Below are positions 39,544 through 50,434 of a stretch of 64,000 bases of DNA, one piece after another. The notes beneath the pieces are model-generated. The model was not told the DNA's origin and made no database searches. It was given only the letters and a program-made list of their open reading frames with translations. The translations under genes were made by a program, and so were the position numbers. The stretch is taken from the NCBI GenBank assembly GCA_030599585.1, contig JAUVNS010000005.1, positions 64,001-128,000 on the forward strand. The letters are read 5' to 3'. This stretch comes from Promethearchaeota archaeon. GTDB lineage: Archaea > Asgardarchaeota > Lokiarchaeia > Sigyniarchaeales > SOKP01. How positions within the stretch are numbered: position 1 is the first letter of the stretch; each line of letters opens with the position of its first letter.

Positions 39544-41871
39544 ATGGTGGATTTTGAAGATTTTCTAAACTATCTCAAGTCTCAAGATTATTATTGCGGT
39601 CAAATACATCATATCGAGCATTTACCCGAATTAAAACCTCGGTTTGAAAATCTGGATAAACCTTTAAGAAGAAGGCTAGAAAGATGGCTAGACAATAAGG
39701 ATATACGATTGTGGAGACATCAAGCTGAAGCTGTGAATTCTATCAGGCAAGGAAACAACACTGTAATAGTTACTTCGACGGCATCAGGAAAATCTTTGTG
39801 TTACAATTTACCCGTATTAGATACTTTATTAAATGACGGGAAAACTACCGCTTTATATCTTTTCCCGACTAAAGCATTAGCCCGAGACCAATTTTTTCAA
39901 CTGAAAGAAATTCTAGCTGACACGAATATTAAACAAAATAGGATTGGAGTTTACGACGGCGATACTAACCCAAATGAAAAAAGATATATCTTAGCGAATG
40001 CTAATATAATAATAACTAATCCATACGGATTGCATTTCTATTTACCTTGGTTAAAACAAAAATGGCGTAGGGTATGTAGTAACTTAAAATATATTGTATT
40101 AGATGAAATTCATGTATACCGGGGAATTTTCGGCTCTAATTTTGCTTTATTATTAAGACGATTGAAAAGAATACTTGATTTTTTTGATGTTAAACCAATT
40201 TGGATCTTATCAAGTGCTACTATAAGTAATGCGAAACAATTCTGCGAAAAACTTATTGGCGAAGATTTTGTGGTTATAGATAAAGACGATTCTCCCTCGG
40301 GTGCTAAAAAAGTAATTCTATGGGATTTGCCATACGATAAAGTTTCGGGTAAATATAGATCCGCTCATCAAGAAACAAAGAACTTGTTTATTTCACACCT
40401 CAAATATAAACAAGGTATCCAAACGTTAACTTTTACCCTTTCAAGAAAAATGGCTGAGCTTCAGGCTATTTGGACAAGAAAAGCTTTACCAACTTTAAAA
40501 AACAAAATTTATAGCTATAGAGCCGGTATTAGTAAGGCCAAAAGGAGAGAAATAGAGGAAAAATTTAAGAGAAAAGAAATTCTAGGAATAAGTTCCACAA
40601 ACGCTCTAGAACTCGGAATTGATATAGGTTCCTTAGATGCTACTATTAGTTCTGGCTTTCCAGGAACTATTTCTAGCTTTAAACAGCAAATTGGTCGTTC
40701 AGGAAGAGGTTCCGATTTATCAATTTCGACATTCGTCCCAATGCAAAATCCATTAGATTTATTTTATGTTCATAATCACGACCAACTCTTCGGAAATATT
40801 CAAGAAGAAATTCTAATAACACTAAAAAACAAATATATTTTAAAAAATCATATGTGTTGCGCAGCTAAGGAGATACCAATAAGTAAAAACGAATACAAAA
40901 AGTTCGGCATAGAAGAACAAAAGCTATTTGACGATTGTATTGAAGAATTAATTTCTGATTCTTTACTAATGAAAAGGAATGAAAAATTTTATTGGAAAGG
41001 GGCATTTTTTCCAAACGAGAAGTATGGATTAAACGCGCTTTCTTCTAAGAGTTATAAAGTAATTCTCAAAGTAAATGATACTGAAACCCTCCTAACAGTG
41101 GAGGATCAAAGCTATGTTTTTCGAGATTTACACCCTGGAGCAGTTTATCTTTATGAAGCTGAAACTTATGTGGTCCAAGATTTAGACTTAGATGAAAGGG
41201 TAGTTTACTTATTACGATCCGATGTTGAATTTTATACTCAATCACTTAAACATACGGATATATATCCACTTGAAATAATATTACAAGATACTACGGGACA
41301 AAAGAATTTAATTGAGAAATTCTTTGGAAAAGTAAAAGTTGAACACGAGTACTATTCTTACAAAGTCATAGATACATTTTCTCAAGAAACCTTATCTCGT
41401 CACCCATTAGATAACATTCCTATTATCGAGTTTGAAACTCAAGCTGTTTGGTTTGGAATTCCCTTTGAATACCAAAAAGAGCTAGAATTGGAAGGATTCG
41501 ATTTAGGGGGTACTATTCACGCTGTTGAACACGCTATGATCGCAATGGCTCCAGCATTAGCTCAAATATCGAGATGGGATTTAGGTGGTGTCTCTATCGA
41601 TTTCGATCCAGTAAAGCAACAACCCCTTATTTATGTTTACGACGCATTTAGGGGGGGTATAGGAATCTCCGAACAATTATATTTTCATTTAATAGATTTA
41701 CTCCATTTATCTTTGAAATTAATCGAATCGTGTAGCTGCAAAACTGATAACGGATGCCCAGCATGTGTGATGAGTCCAAAATGCGGCAATAATAACGATC
41801 CTTTAGATAAGGAGGGCGCCCTTTTTCTTTTAAAAAAACTCCTTAATATCGATCAAGAGATTACCAATTAA
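39544..41871 (+). CDS. Hrq1/MrfA/SftH-like SF2 helicase with C-terminal DUF1998 Zn domain
   Basis: TASGKS, DEIH, SAT, LELGIDIG, QQIGRSGR, CSC...GCPACV.SPKCGNNN. Confidence 0.92.
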   Translation: MVDFEDFLNYLKSQDYYCGQIHHIEHLPELKPRFENLDKPLRRRLERWLDNKDIRLWRHQAEAVNSIRQGNNTVIVTSTASGKSLCYNLPVLDTLLNDGKTTALYLFPTKALARDQFFQLKEILADTNIKQNRIGVYDGDTNPNEKRYILANANIIITNPYGLHFYLPWLKQKWRRVCSNLKYIVLDEIHVYRGIFGSNFALLLRRLKRILDFFDVKPIWILSSATISNAKQFCEKLIGEDFVVIDKDDSPSGAKKVILWDLPYDKVSGKYRSAHQETKNLFISHLKYKQGIQTLTFTLSRKMAELQAIWTRKALPTLKNKIYSYRAGISKAKRREIEEKFKRKEILGISSTNALELGIDIGSLDATISSGFPGTISSFKQQIGRSGRGSDLSISTFVPMQNPLDLFYVHNHDQLFGNIQEEILITLKNKYILKNHMCCAAKEIPISKNEYKKFGIEEQKLFDDCIEELISDSLLMKRNEKFYWKGAFFPNEKYGLNALSSKSYKVILKVNDTETLLTVEDQSYVFRDLHPGAVYLYEAETYVVQDLDLDERVVYLLRSDVEFYTQSLKHTDIYPLEIILQDTTGQKNLIEKFFGKVKVEHEYYSYKVIDTFSQETLSRHPLDNIPIIEFETQAVWFGIPFEYQKELELEGFDLGGTIHAVEHAMIAMAPALAQISRWDLGGVSIDFDPVKQQPLIYVYDAFRGGIGISEQLYFHLIDLLHLSLKLIESCSCKTDNGCPACVMSPKCGNNNDPLDKEGALFLLKKLLNIDQEITN

Positions 41872-41883
41872 TTATTTTATTCA

Positions 41884-43716
41884 TTAGAGAGTATCTAATC
41901 CTAACTGTTTAAGCTTATTTTTACTTGGTTTCCCGGTATTTAATTCCCAATCGCGAAATTTGTAAAAGAGCTCCTTAAGTTTAGCAAAATCGGGAGTCTT
42001 TCCCGCAGAACCACCGCTATTAAAAGGCCTCGTTAAAATTTTAGGTAACCTATCATCTTTAGGAGTTAAGCCCATTTTAATATTAAAAAGTCGTTTCATA
42101 TTGGCTATTCTTTCTCCGTATAACTTAACTTCTTCAAGGCCAAATTTAATTCCTACCGCGTTTTGTATTAACTCGGCATTATGGGACGGTAATGGATTAC
42201 AGAATGAACACATGATCATTGAACTATATAACGCTCTGTAATCCATAATTAAAGAACACACCTCCGCCATTTCTTCGTTATCATTATATTTGTCAATGTT
42301 TTTTATCCCAATTTCTTCTAACGGAACTCCTAATAATACATAGTAGGCATCTAATAAGTTATGAGATGGACCCTTTGATCCAATGCCATATGCTAGTGCC
42401 ATACCATAATTAGAGCGAAGATCGTGATATGTAACTTCTAAACCATTAACCGTAGCAATTTCTTCTTGCGAAATATTAAATTTTTTAGCCAGAGCGTTAG
42501 ATCCTTCTGCTAACACTTTGCCAATTCCTTCCTTGAACACAATTTTTTCTAATAGCTCTTCAACAACCTTAAGATTACCCCAATCAAGCTTTAACCCGTC
42601 AATATCATCCGTTGTTATATTTCTCTGCTTGAAATGGTGTATCAGACAAGAAATGGTAGCTCCTGAACTTATTGTATCAATTCCGTAATCAAAACATTTT
42701 TTATTGATGTAAACAATCCATTCCAAGTTGTCGTTTAGAAGTAATGCTCCGTAGGATACAAGAGTTTCATATTCTGGACCTTCCATCTCGTCTGTTTTAT
42801 ACATACCTTCTTTAATAGCAACCCTTCTACCACAGCCAATAACGCAAGAGTGGCAAAATCTATTTTTTACTAAAATTGTTTCTGCCATCGTTGCACCAGA
42901 TATTTTGCCAGCGCCTTCCCATTGAGGTTGAGAAAAATACTTAATTGGTAGTTCACCAGTCATATTATACATATCCATCGCACCAGATGTTCCTAATTCT
43001 CCTATCATCTGCGAGACAAACGACGATTTTACGTAGTCCCTTGCTGTTATTATTGCCTTTCGTAATTCCTCTTGGTTTGTTACTTCCAATTTAATTTTTG
43101 TTCCTTTAACAATTATTGCTTTAAGTTTTTTTGAACCAAGAATAGCTCCCATTCCTGTTCTCCCGGCAGCCCTTTCTTCGGAAACAATATTAGCATATTT
43201 TACGAGATTTTCGCCTGCTTGACCGATACAGGCAACCTTAGCTTTTTCGTCTCCAAGAAGTTTTTTTAATTTTTCAGTAGTATAGAATGTCCCTCTTCCC
43301 CATAAAAAATTAGCGTCTTTGAGTTGAACCTTATCATCTTTAATTTCTAGATAAACTGGTTCATCTGATGTTCCAGATATTATAATACCATCATATCCCG
43401 CTTTTTTTACCTCCGCTCCAAACCAGCTCCCGCAATTTGATTCTCCCCAAATACCTGTGTAGGGTGATTTTGAACAGACGACCCATCTTCCGGTATTTGG
43501 TGCAAAAGTTCCATTTAAAGGACCAGTCATTATCATAACAATATTTTCTGGAGACAGTGGATCAGTATCTTCGCTTAATTTATCGTACAAATAACGACAA
43601 GCATAACCGGATCCCCCCAAAAAGTGCTTTGCTATATCCTCTACAATTGGATCAACTGAAATGTGTTTAGTAGTTAAATTTATGTTTAATAACTGACCTC
43701 TAAAACCTCCTAAAAT
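41884..43716 (-). CDS. aor: Aldehyde:ferredoxin oxidoreductase (W-dependent AOR family); start extended to ATT at 43716
   Basis: KSPYTG, GRTGMGA..GSKKLK, CHSCVIGC, GPEYET, DTIS, DDRLP; frame open upstream (ILGGFRGQLLNINLT) with GAGGTGA SD. Confidence 0.88.
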   Translation of the reverse strand: MLGGFRGQLLNINLTTKHISVDPIVEDIAKHFLGGSGYACRYLYDKLSEDTDPLSPENIVMIMTGPLNGTFAPNTGRWVVCSKSPYTGIWGESNCGSWFGAEVKKAGYDGIIISGTSDEPVYLEIKDDKVQLKDANFLWGRGTFYTTEKLKKLLGDEKAKVACIGQAGENLVKYANIVSEERAAGRTGMGAILGSKKLKAIIVKGTKIKLEVTNQEELRKAIITARDYVKSSFVSQMIGELGTSGAMDMYNMTGELPIKYFSQPQWEGAGKISGATMAETILVKNRFCHSCVIGCGRRVAIKEGMYKTDEMEGPEYETLVSYGALLLNDNLEWIVYINKKCFDYGIDTISSGATISCLIHHFKQRNITTDDIDGLKLDWGNLKVVEELLEKIVFKEGIGKVLAEGSNALAKKFNISQEEIATVNGLEVTYHDLRSNYGMALAYGIGSKGPSHNLLDAYYVLLGVPLEEIGIKNIDKYNDNEEMAEVCSLIMDYRALYSSMIMCSFCNPLPSHNAELIQNAVGIKFGLEEVKLYGERIANMKRLFNIKMGLTPKDDRLPKILTRPFNSGGSAGKTPDFAKLKELFYKFRDWELNTGKPSKNKLKQLGLDTL

Positions 43717-43930
43717 AATAACTCACCTCAAAGAAAATAAATTTAATAATTTGGATACTAAAACGCAATTTTAGTTTATCTTTTTTACCCTTTAACTTTA
43801 TAAATGACAAAAAGAAGGTATAAAACGAAATTACTAAAAATCGCCAAAATTGTCTAATAAATCTGCTTGAGTATTATTATTATAAATCATTAATACAATT
43901 TTTTTTAAAGGGGAAAAATATTATAAAAAT

Positions 43931-44431
43931 ATGATGAAAGATCTAGATATAAAGTGGACCGATCTTGTATCTCCTACGATGTCGCCTGATGAGTATCTAA
44001 GAGAATTCGGAGAAAAAATTAAATATAACTATAAGGTTTACGAACCAAAAGCTGATACAGTAAAAGAAATTAACGCGCTTTTAAAAAGTAAGAATGAACA
44101 GCTAAAAATAGTTGCTTTTGGCGCTGATTGGTGTCCCGATTGCCACAAAAATACACCACGCATGATTAAACTTATAAAACGGATGAAAACCAACGATGTA
44201 GAGCTTCGCATTTTGTATGGTATAATGGTAAATGCTTTACACAAATCAGGAGAAACTCCATGGCATAAAACAAGGTCTCCCCCGGAAGCAGTTAATCCTA
44301 AGTTTGAGTTAAAAGCAATTCCAACGTTCTATTTCTTTAACAAAAATGAAGAATATCTCGGTCAGATTATAGAACATCCCAAAGAAACAATGGAAGAAGA
44401 TACTCTAGAAATATTGAAAGAAAAGCTATGA
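43931..44431 (+). CDS. Thioredoxin-family protein
   Basis: WCPDC; IPTF cis-Pro motif. Confidence 0.85.
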   Translation: MMKDLDIKWTDLVSPTMSPDEYLREFGEKIKYNYKVYEPKADTVKEINALLKSKNEQLKIVAFGADWCPDCHKNTPRMIKLIKRMKTNDVELRILYGIMVNALHKSGETPWHKTRSPPEAVNPKFELKAIPTFYFFNKNEEYLGQIIEHPKETMEEDTLEILKEKL

Positions 44432-44517
44432 ACAGAATAATATAATATCCTAACTGTTCATTATTATTTTTTTTTAAGGAATCAAAATTTAAATTAGTAA
44501 ATCGATATATACTTTTT

Positions 44518-46566
44518 ATGTCGAAATTAAATGTCAAGAAAGTCATAATTTTCAAACACGGAGTCTCTTATTACATTCATGAAGGTAATGTAATAGGAAC
44601 CGATACCTTTGAGTTAGAGTTTAAAATTGACGAAATGGATGACGTGTTAAAATCGCTCTTTGTTTTGGATACAAGCGAAAAGGGTTATATTAGTTCGATT
44701 TCATACGATGCTGCTTTAGAAACCTCCCAACTTTTAAAATCAATAATGCTCAATATTCCTGATAGAGGGTCTTTATCGTCACTTATCACGCAGATAAAAG
44801 GAGCAGATGTTAAATTAACCGTTGCAGGGGGAAAAACTATAGTAGGGACGATCATTGGAATTGAAGAAATAGAAAAGATGAATAAAAATGAAAAAACAGT
44901 GGAAAAATTGCTAATTTTACTCCAAGAAAATGACGAAATATCTAAATTCAATTTTTCTGACTTCAAATCTTTTGATATTCTGAATGAGGACATTAAAAAA
45001 GATCTTAAATTCTTTTTGGATACCGTTATATCGGGGAAGAAAAAAGACGCAAAAAAAATCAAAATTAATTGCGAATCAGGAGGGGACGACGAAGTTGAGA
45101 GGATCATTTTTGTATATTATATCCGAGAAAGTCCAATTTGGAAAACATCTTATCGCTTAATAATGAGCAAAGAACAAGCTCAAGAAGAAAAATGTCTACT
45201 TTCTGGTTGGAGCCTTATAGAAAACACAACCAATCAAGATTGGGAGAATGTAGAGTTATCCCTCGTAGCTGGAATGCCTGTCTCTTTTAAATACGAATTT
45301 TATCGCCCAATTTTTATACAACGCCCCGTAATACGACCTCCAAGAGTCTTAAGCGTAAAACCAACTGAAATCGAAGAAGGTTTAAAAAGTGAGGATTATG
45401 GAGAGTACGAAATGGACGCTCTAGAAGCCGCACCTAGAGATATGATGAAAAAGGCGAAAATGGGACGGAGGGGGATCCCTCAACCCGCACCTGCTGCGCC
45501 TGCTGGATTTGGTGGGAGGTTGATGGGTATTATGTCTGATGATGCTCTGTTAGAAAAGGTAAAGTCCCAAACGCAAGTACAAACTAAAGATTTAGGAGAA
45601 CTCTTTGAATATAATATATCTAACCCAGTCACCATAAAAAGGAAACAATCTGCGTTAGTCCCAATTTTAACAGAGGTGATTAAAGCGAGGAGAGTGTTGT
45701 TGTATAACAAAAACGAATACGACAAAAATCCAAACGCATGCCTTGAAATCACAAATAATACGAATCTAACGCTTGAAAGAGGACCTGTGACAATTATTTA
45801 CGACGATAATTTAGCAGGCGAAGCAATCGTTCCATTTCTCAACAAAGAAGACACGCGCTTGCTAAATTATGCTGTGGAGCAAGCAGTTTTAATTAGGCAC
45901 GAAACTAAAACCGAAAGCTTAAGCGTACATAAAGTTACTATAGGAAGCGGTTATTCTTACGAATATTACTACACGAACATGATGACTACATACAAAATAC
46001 AAAATAAAACAAGTGAAGAGAAGGAACTCTATCTAGATCACCCTAAAACCCATGGATATAAATTTATTGAAAAACCTATTGATCCCGAAGAAACACCAAA
46101 TTACTGGCGTTTTAAAATCACATTGAAGCCCAAAGATGCTATAACTTTTAAATTGAAAGAACAAAGAGAGGATAACTCAAGCAACTACTTAAGAAATTGG
46201 TCTAGAGATGATATATTTAAGAGAGTTGGATTTTATGTCAAACAGAAATTTATTAATGAAAAATTGGAAAACCAATTAAAAGAAATTGCAGAATCTATCC
46301 AAGATTTAAATCAAAAGAAGCAAAAAAAATCTAAATTGGTTGAAGAGAGAAACCAAATGTCTGACGAACAATCAAGACTTAGAGAGAATATATCTGTATT
46401 AGGAGAGGATACCCAATCTATCGCTTTGAAGGAGCGATATATCAAAAAGTTCAACGATCAAGAGACTAGGTTTGAGAAAATTTCTGTAGAGACTAAAAAA
46501 TTAACACAAGAGATTGATTCACTCAACAAAAAGATCGAGACCAAAATGAACAAACTAAAAACTTAA
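44518..46566 (+). CDS. DUF4139-like protein with C-terminal coiled coil
   Basis: W..SYRL, ENTTNQDWENVELSLVAG.P, QSALVP. Confidence 0.7.
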   Translation: MSKLNVKKVIIFKHGVSYYIHEGNVIGTDTFELEFKIDEMDDVLKSLFVLDTSEKGYISSISYDAALETSQLLKSIMLNIPDRGSLSSLITQIKGADVKLTVAGGKTIVGTIIGIEEIEKMNKNEKTVEKLLILLQENDEISKFNFSDFKSFDILNEDIKKDLKFFLDTVISGKKKDAKKIKINCESGGDDEVERIIFVYYIRESPIWKTSYRLIMSKEQAQEEKCLLSGWSLIENTTNQDWENVELSLVAGMPVSFKYEFYRPIFIQRPVIRPPRVLSVKPTEIEEGLKSEDYGEYEMDALEAAPRDMMKKAKMGRRGIPQPAPAAPAGFGGRLMGIMSDDALLEKVKSQTQVQTKDLGELFEYNISNPVTIKRKQSALVPILTEVIKARRVLLYNKNEYDKNPNACLEITNNTNLTLERGPVTIIYDDNLAGEAIVPFLNKEDTRLLNYAVEQAVLIRHETKTESLSVHKVTIGSGYSYEYYYTNMMTTYKIQNKTSEEKELYLDHPKTHGYKFIEKPIDPEETPNYWRFKITLKPKDAITFKLKEQREDNSSNYLRNWSRDDIFKRVGFYVKQKFINEKLENQLKEIAESIQDLNQKKQKKSKLVEERNQMSDEQSRLRENISVLGEDTQSIALKERYIKKFNDQETRFEKISVETKKLTQEIDSLNKKIETKMNKLKT

Positions 46567-46691
46567 TAAAAAGTTTTAAAACCCCATATTTTCTTTTTTA
46601 TTACAGAAATTATTTGTTTACAAACTCTATAAAAAAATAAATATTATTTCAAAAATAAGATCTAATGGTATTATTACGATAGGTGTAAAAA

Positions 46692-46916
46692 ATGAGTATT
46701 GATGAACTTCAAGAACAAGTAGAAAAATTTAAGGGTGAAATGGACACGCTCGAGGAAGTTTGCGATACACTTCCAGAGTGTAAAGAAGACGATGCTTGCG
46801 AAACATGCGAAACCTACAAAAAAATTGATGCCCTTAACGCTAAAATCGAAGAATTAGAAGAAAAAATCGAATCTATCCTGAGCGAAGATGACGACGACTA
46901 CGAAGACGACGATTAA
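46692..46916 (+). CDS. Small acidic coiled-coil protein with central Cys4 cluster
   Basis: AGGTG SD; Cx5Cx5Cx2C between heptads. Confidence 0.75.
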   Translation: MSIDELQEQVEKFKGEMDTLEEVCDTLPECKEDDACETCETYKKIDALNAKIEELEEKIESILSEDDDDYEDDD

Positions 46917-46988
46917 TTCCTACACGCTTTAATTGCTCTCTATATTATTTTTTTTTCTTTTATATTTTTTTTTCAAACTTTTACAAAT

Positions 46989-47891
46989 TTAGAAAGATAT
47001 TTTCTTTAGTTCCGCTATAGACAAATCAATTCCCTCATCAAATGTTATTTTTGGTATAAATCCAAGCATTTTTATTGCTTTACTAGGGCTTGCGTAAAAT
47101 TTGTTGACATCATAAGATCGTGGCTTAGTAAATTCAACTGTGCTTTTACTTCGAGTCTTTTTAATAATTGTATTGGCTAATTGTTTTAATGAAATTGGAA
47201 CACCTGTAGATATGTTGAAATCGTCAAAAAGATGAGTGTCCCTCTCTATTTCCTGAATGCAGCCCCATATTCCTTGAATCGTGTCATCAATATAAGTGAA
47301 GTCGAAAATTTCCTCTCCTGTCCCGTTAATAATCAAATCTTCTTCTTTAAAAGCCTGTAAAATAAACTTTGGTATGACTCTATCTAAATGATCGTTTTTT
47401 CCAGTATAAACATTTGAAAATCTTAATACTCTTACTTTTAACCCATAGTTTTCGGAGTACACTTTGCACAATTCCTCTCCCGATAGTTTAGAGACTCCAT
47501 AGACGTTAATGGCTTTACGAATTGACGATTCATTAACTGGCAAGATTGCAGACTCACCATATACCTCACGAGAGGAACCAAATATCACCCAAGGGTAATT
47601 ATTATCTGTATATATCAGCCTTGCAGACTCGAGCACGTTAATCATACCTCCAATATTAGTATTAACGCATTCTAAGGGATTTTCATGAGCAATTTTCACT
47701 CTACTCACAGCTGCTAAATGAACAATGCCATTTATGCCTAATACTTTTGATTGTAAAGCTGAAAAATCTCGAACATCCTCCAATGTGTTATCTTTGATAT
47801 CAAAAGGTATAACTTCAATATTTTTTTCTTCTAGTAATCGCTTTAGGGCAGAACCAATGAAACCAGAGCTTCCAGTGAGTAAAATTTTCAT
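46989..47891 (-). CDS. NAD-dependent epimerase/dehydratase
   Basis: TGSSGFIG, HLAA, YGVSK, DFTYIDD. Confidence 0.92.
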   Translation of the reverse strand: MKILLTGSSGFIGSALKRLLEEKNIEVIPFDIKDNTLEDVRDFSALQSKVLGINGIVHLAAVSRVKIAHENPLECVNTNIGGMINVLESARLIYTDNNYPWVIFGSSREVYGESAILPVNESSIRKAINVYGVSKLSGEELCKVYSENYGLKVRVLRFSNVYTGKNDHLDRVIPKFILQAFKEEDLIINGTGEEIFDFTYIDDTIQGIWGCIQEIERDTHLFDDFNISTGVPISLKQLANTIIKKTRSKSTVEFTKPRSYDVNKFYASPSKAIKMLGFIPKITFDEGIDLSIAELKKISF

Positions 47892-48102
47892 AGTAGTATA
47901 AAATAGCTTGGATAATAATTAAGATTTATCTTAAATAGAAACAAATTTAAAAAAAAAAGTGATGAAGAAATTGGATGTTTTATATTACTTTTTTTTATTA
48001 TTTTATTCACAATAAACAAAATTAAAAAAAGAATTTGTATTTCTCTTAGTAAGACTATTTCTCTAGTTAATTTCAATAATATTCAATATAGGAGGTTTAA
48101 AA

Positions 48103-49410
48103 ATGGAAGAAAATAAAAAGAAAAAAAAATTTATGACTCAAGCTATAAGTGACGAAATCCTCGAAAAGTTAAGTTTAAAAAACAGATATTCGTTTTTAAA
48201 TACGAACCTAACGGCTATTTTGGAACCAAAGGAGTTTAATTTTTTACGTAAAGCTCAAAAATTCTGCATGCGTTTCGAAAAGAAAAACGAGATTACACAC
48301 GGTCCTGAAGAAGATGTTTACGATTGGATCCCCGCATTTGGAGCCGAAGGATACCTAACTAGATCTCACAGTTTCGACCTGGTTGATGTTAATTACACCG
48401 ATTATGGTCTAACCATGGAATTGATGAGGAATTTAGCCGTAGGTTTTTTTGACCCCCAGTTTGCCATGGCTGGTGGGGCAACCCAATTAGCTATTAATCC
48501 TCTTTTAGAACACCACGAAAATGTCCCAATCAGGTTAGAGGTACTAAAAAAATTTGTAACAGGAGAAACGCCAGGAGCAATATTAATCACGGAACCCGAA
48601 AGGGGCTCGGACGCAGTTCATATGTTAACCACATGTGATGAACAGCCTGACGGATCTTTTCTTCTAAACGGAGAAAAAATATACAGCACTAACGCTCCTA
48701 AAGCAGGATACGTTGTTGCTTACGCTACAGCAGAGGAAAATAACGGGAATACGATGGCTCAGTTCCTTATAGACACATCGTGGGAGGGTTGGAAGGTTGA
48801 ACGAGTTTATATTCCTTATGTCCCAAAAGTGTGGTTAGGTAAAGAATGGTTTAATAACCTTAGAGTACCAAAGGAATACGTGTTAGGTGGTGTAGGTAAG
48901 GGACGAGAACATCTTTTTGAAGGATTGGTTCCGGAAAGAATAGGGATAGCAATCGATTGTATTTCCAAATGTTGGAACGCAATTGCGTATGCGGCTATAT
49001 ATGTAAATAACAGAAAACAATTCGATCAAATGATTTTGAAATTTCAAGGGGTAGGTTTTACTTTAACTGACCTTTGGGCAAGATTAACTAACCTCACGCT
49101 CGGACTTTTAATGTTTTGTAAAAATTATGATGGCAAAATGGAAAAGTTTGGTGGGGAGCTTCCCAGAAATATTTCACAAGCCTTAGTAGCTTCTGCTAGT
49201 CAGTTCAAGTATCATGTTGCTAAACTTACAGAAGAGATTTGCTATGAAGCTGCCAATCTAATGGGGGGCGCGGGCCTATGCGACAACACTTTAATGCACG
49301 ACCTGGTAAACATCTCTAGAATCGCAGAAATCATAGGTGGGAGTAGACAAATTCAAAACTATGTCATGTCGATGTCGTTACGTCAAGTTTACAAGATGTC
49401 TGGTATCTAA
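48103..49410 (+). CDS. Acyl-CoA dehydrogenase family protein
   Basis: ITEPERGSD, LNGEKIY, RKQF, GGAG, EIIGGS. Confidence 0.9.
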   Translation: MEENKKKKKFMTQAISDEILEKLSLKNRYSFLNTNLTAILEPKEFNFLRKAQKFCMRFEKKNEITHGPEEDVYDWIPAFGAEGYLTRSHSFDLVDVNYTDYGLTMELMRNLAVGFFDPQFAMAGGATQLAINPLLEHHENVPIRLEVLKKFVTGETPGAILITEPERGSDAVHMLTTCDEQPDGSFLLNGEKIYSTNAPKAGYVVAYATAEENNGNTMAQFLIDTSWEGWKVERVYIPYVPKVWLGKEWFNNLRVPKEYVLGGVGKGREHLFEGLVPERIGIAIDCISKCWNAIAYAAIYVNNRKQFDQMILKFQGVGFTLTDLWARLTNLTLGLLMFCKNYDGKMEKFGGELPRNISQALVASASQFKYHVAKLTEEICYEAANLMGGAGLCDNTLMHDLVNISRIAEIIGGSRQIQNYVMSMSLRQVYKMSGI

Positions 49411-49505
49411 AACTGTCAATTTATAACTTTTACATTTTTTTTATTTATTTATACATTATGGTTGTCTAAAGCATCGAGTTCTTCGTAAAATTGTTATAAA
49501 CGCTT

Positions 49506-50249
49506 TTACATTATCAGATTTTTGAGTCTCTTCGAAAACTTTTTAGATATTATCAAACTCGTCTCGAATGGACAATTTTTCTTGAACTGGATTATAGATA
49601 TAAAGTTGTCAATTCCAACTAAAGATAATATACCGTATTCCTCGAGTGATATTAATTCACTAATTCTTGAATTCCCAATTATAAATCTACTCTCTAATAA
49701 TCTTATTATCTCTGAAAGGACATTGGAACTAAGGTATGATACGATAACTCTTCCAGTTTGAGTCAATAATGCGGATGAGATTACAAAAGAGGAAAAAGTA
49801 TGAAGTTCCTTAAAGACTTCAATTAGATCCTTTTGAATTTCTTCTGAAACTAACTTCTTGCTCTCTATTATTTCATCGACATTTTTCTCGAAATTTTGAT
49901 ATATCGAAACTTCGCCATTAAAATTATCCGTTAAGTTTTTCAAATCAAATTCGGATATAAACTCGCTTTTAATTTCCCGTAACTGGTTTCTCAGCTCTAC
50001 AAGATTATCAGTTCTATCGCTAAATAGAGCAAACATGAGCTCACTAGAATTAGCTTTTTCTACTTCAAAGATGAATCTAAAAGGTCCAACCTCAATTTCA
50101 GATAACTCTTTAGTTTTCAAAGTTTGTTTAACAAATGAGAAAATTGCGCTTAAAAAGCTACTTGTAAGTTTTATGTCAAAAATATCCTCGTAAGCTTTAT
50201 AAAAAAGTAGTTCGCCCGTTGATTTCATAATAAAGATATTTTTAATCAT
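49506..50249 (-). CDS. Longin-like plus roadblock-like domain protein
   Basis: N-terminal IFIMKSTGELLF...SSFLSAIFSF pattern; C-terminal SALLTQTGRVI pattern. Confidence 0.6.
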   Translation of the reverse strand: MIKNIFIMKSTGELLFYKAYEDIFDIKLTSSFLSAIFSFVKQTLKTKELSEIEVGPFRFIFEVEKANSSELMFALFSDRTDNLVELRNQLREIKSEFISEFDLKNLTDNFNGEVSIYQNFEKNVDEIIESKKLVSEEIQKDLIEVFKELHTFSSFVISSALLTQTGRVIVSYLSSNVLSEIIRLLESRFIIGNSRISELISLEEYGILSLVGIDNFISIIQFKKNCPFETSLIISKKFSKRLKNLIM

Positions 50250-50434
50250 TGGAACTCAAGGAAAATTAGGTTAATAACTCAATAATTAAGGTTTTATATT
50301 CTTTTAATAAAAGTTTAGATTTAAAAATTCTTGTATAAATCATTCTATTGGTATAAAACCGATGAAATTACGCTTTTCTTTCTCCGGACTAAAAATATAA
50401 AAAATTTAATGTTATTGTATTGATATTTTTTAGG

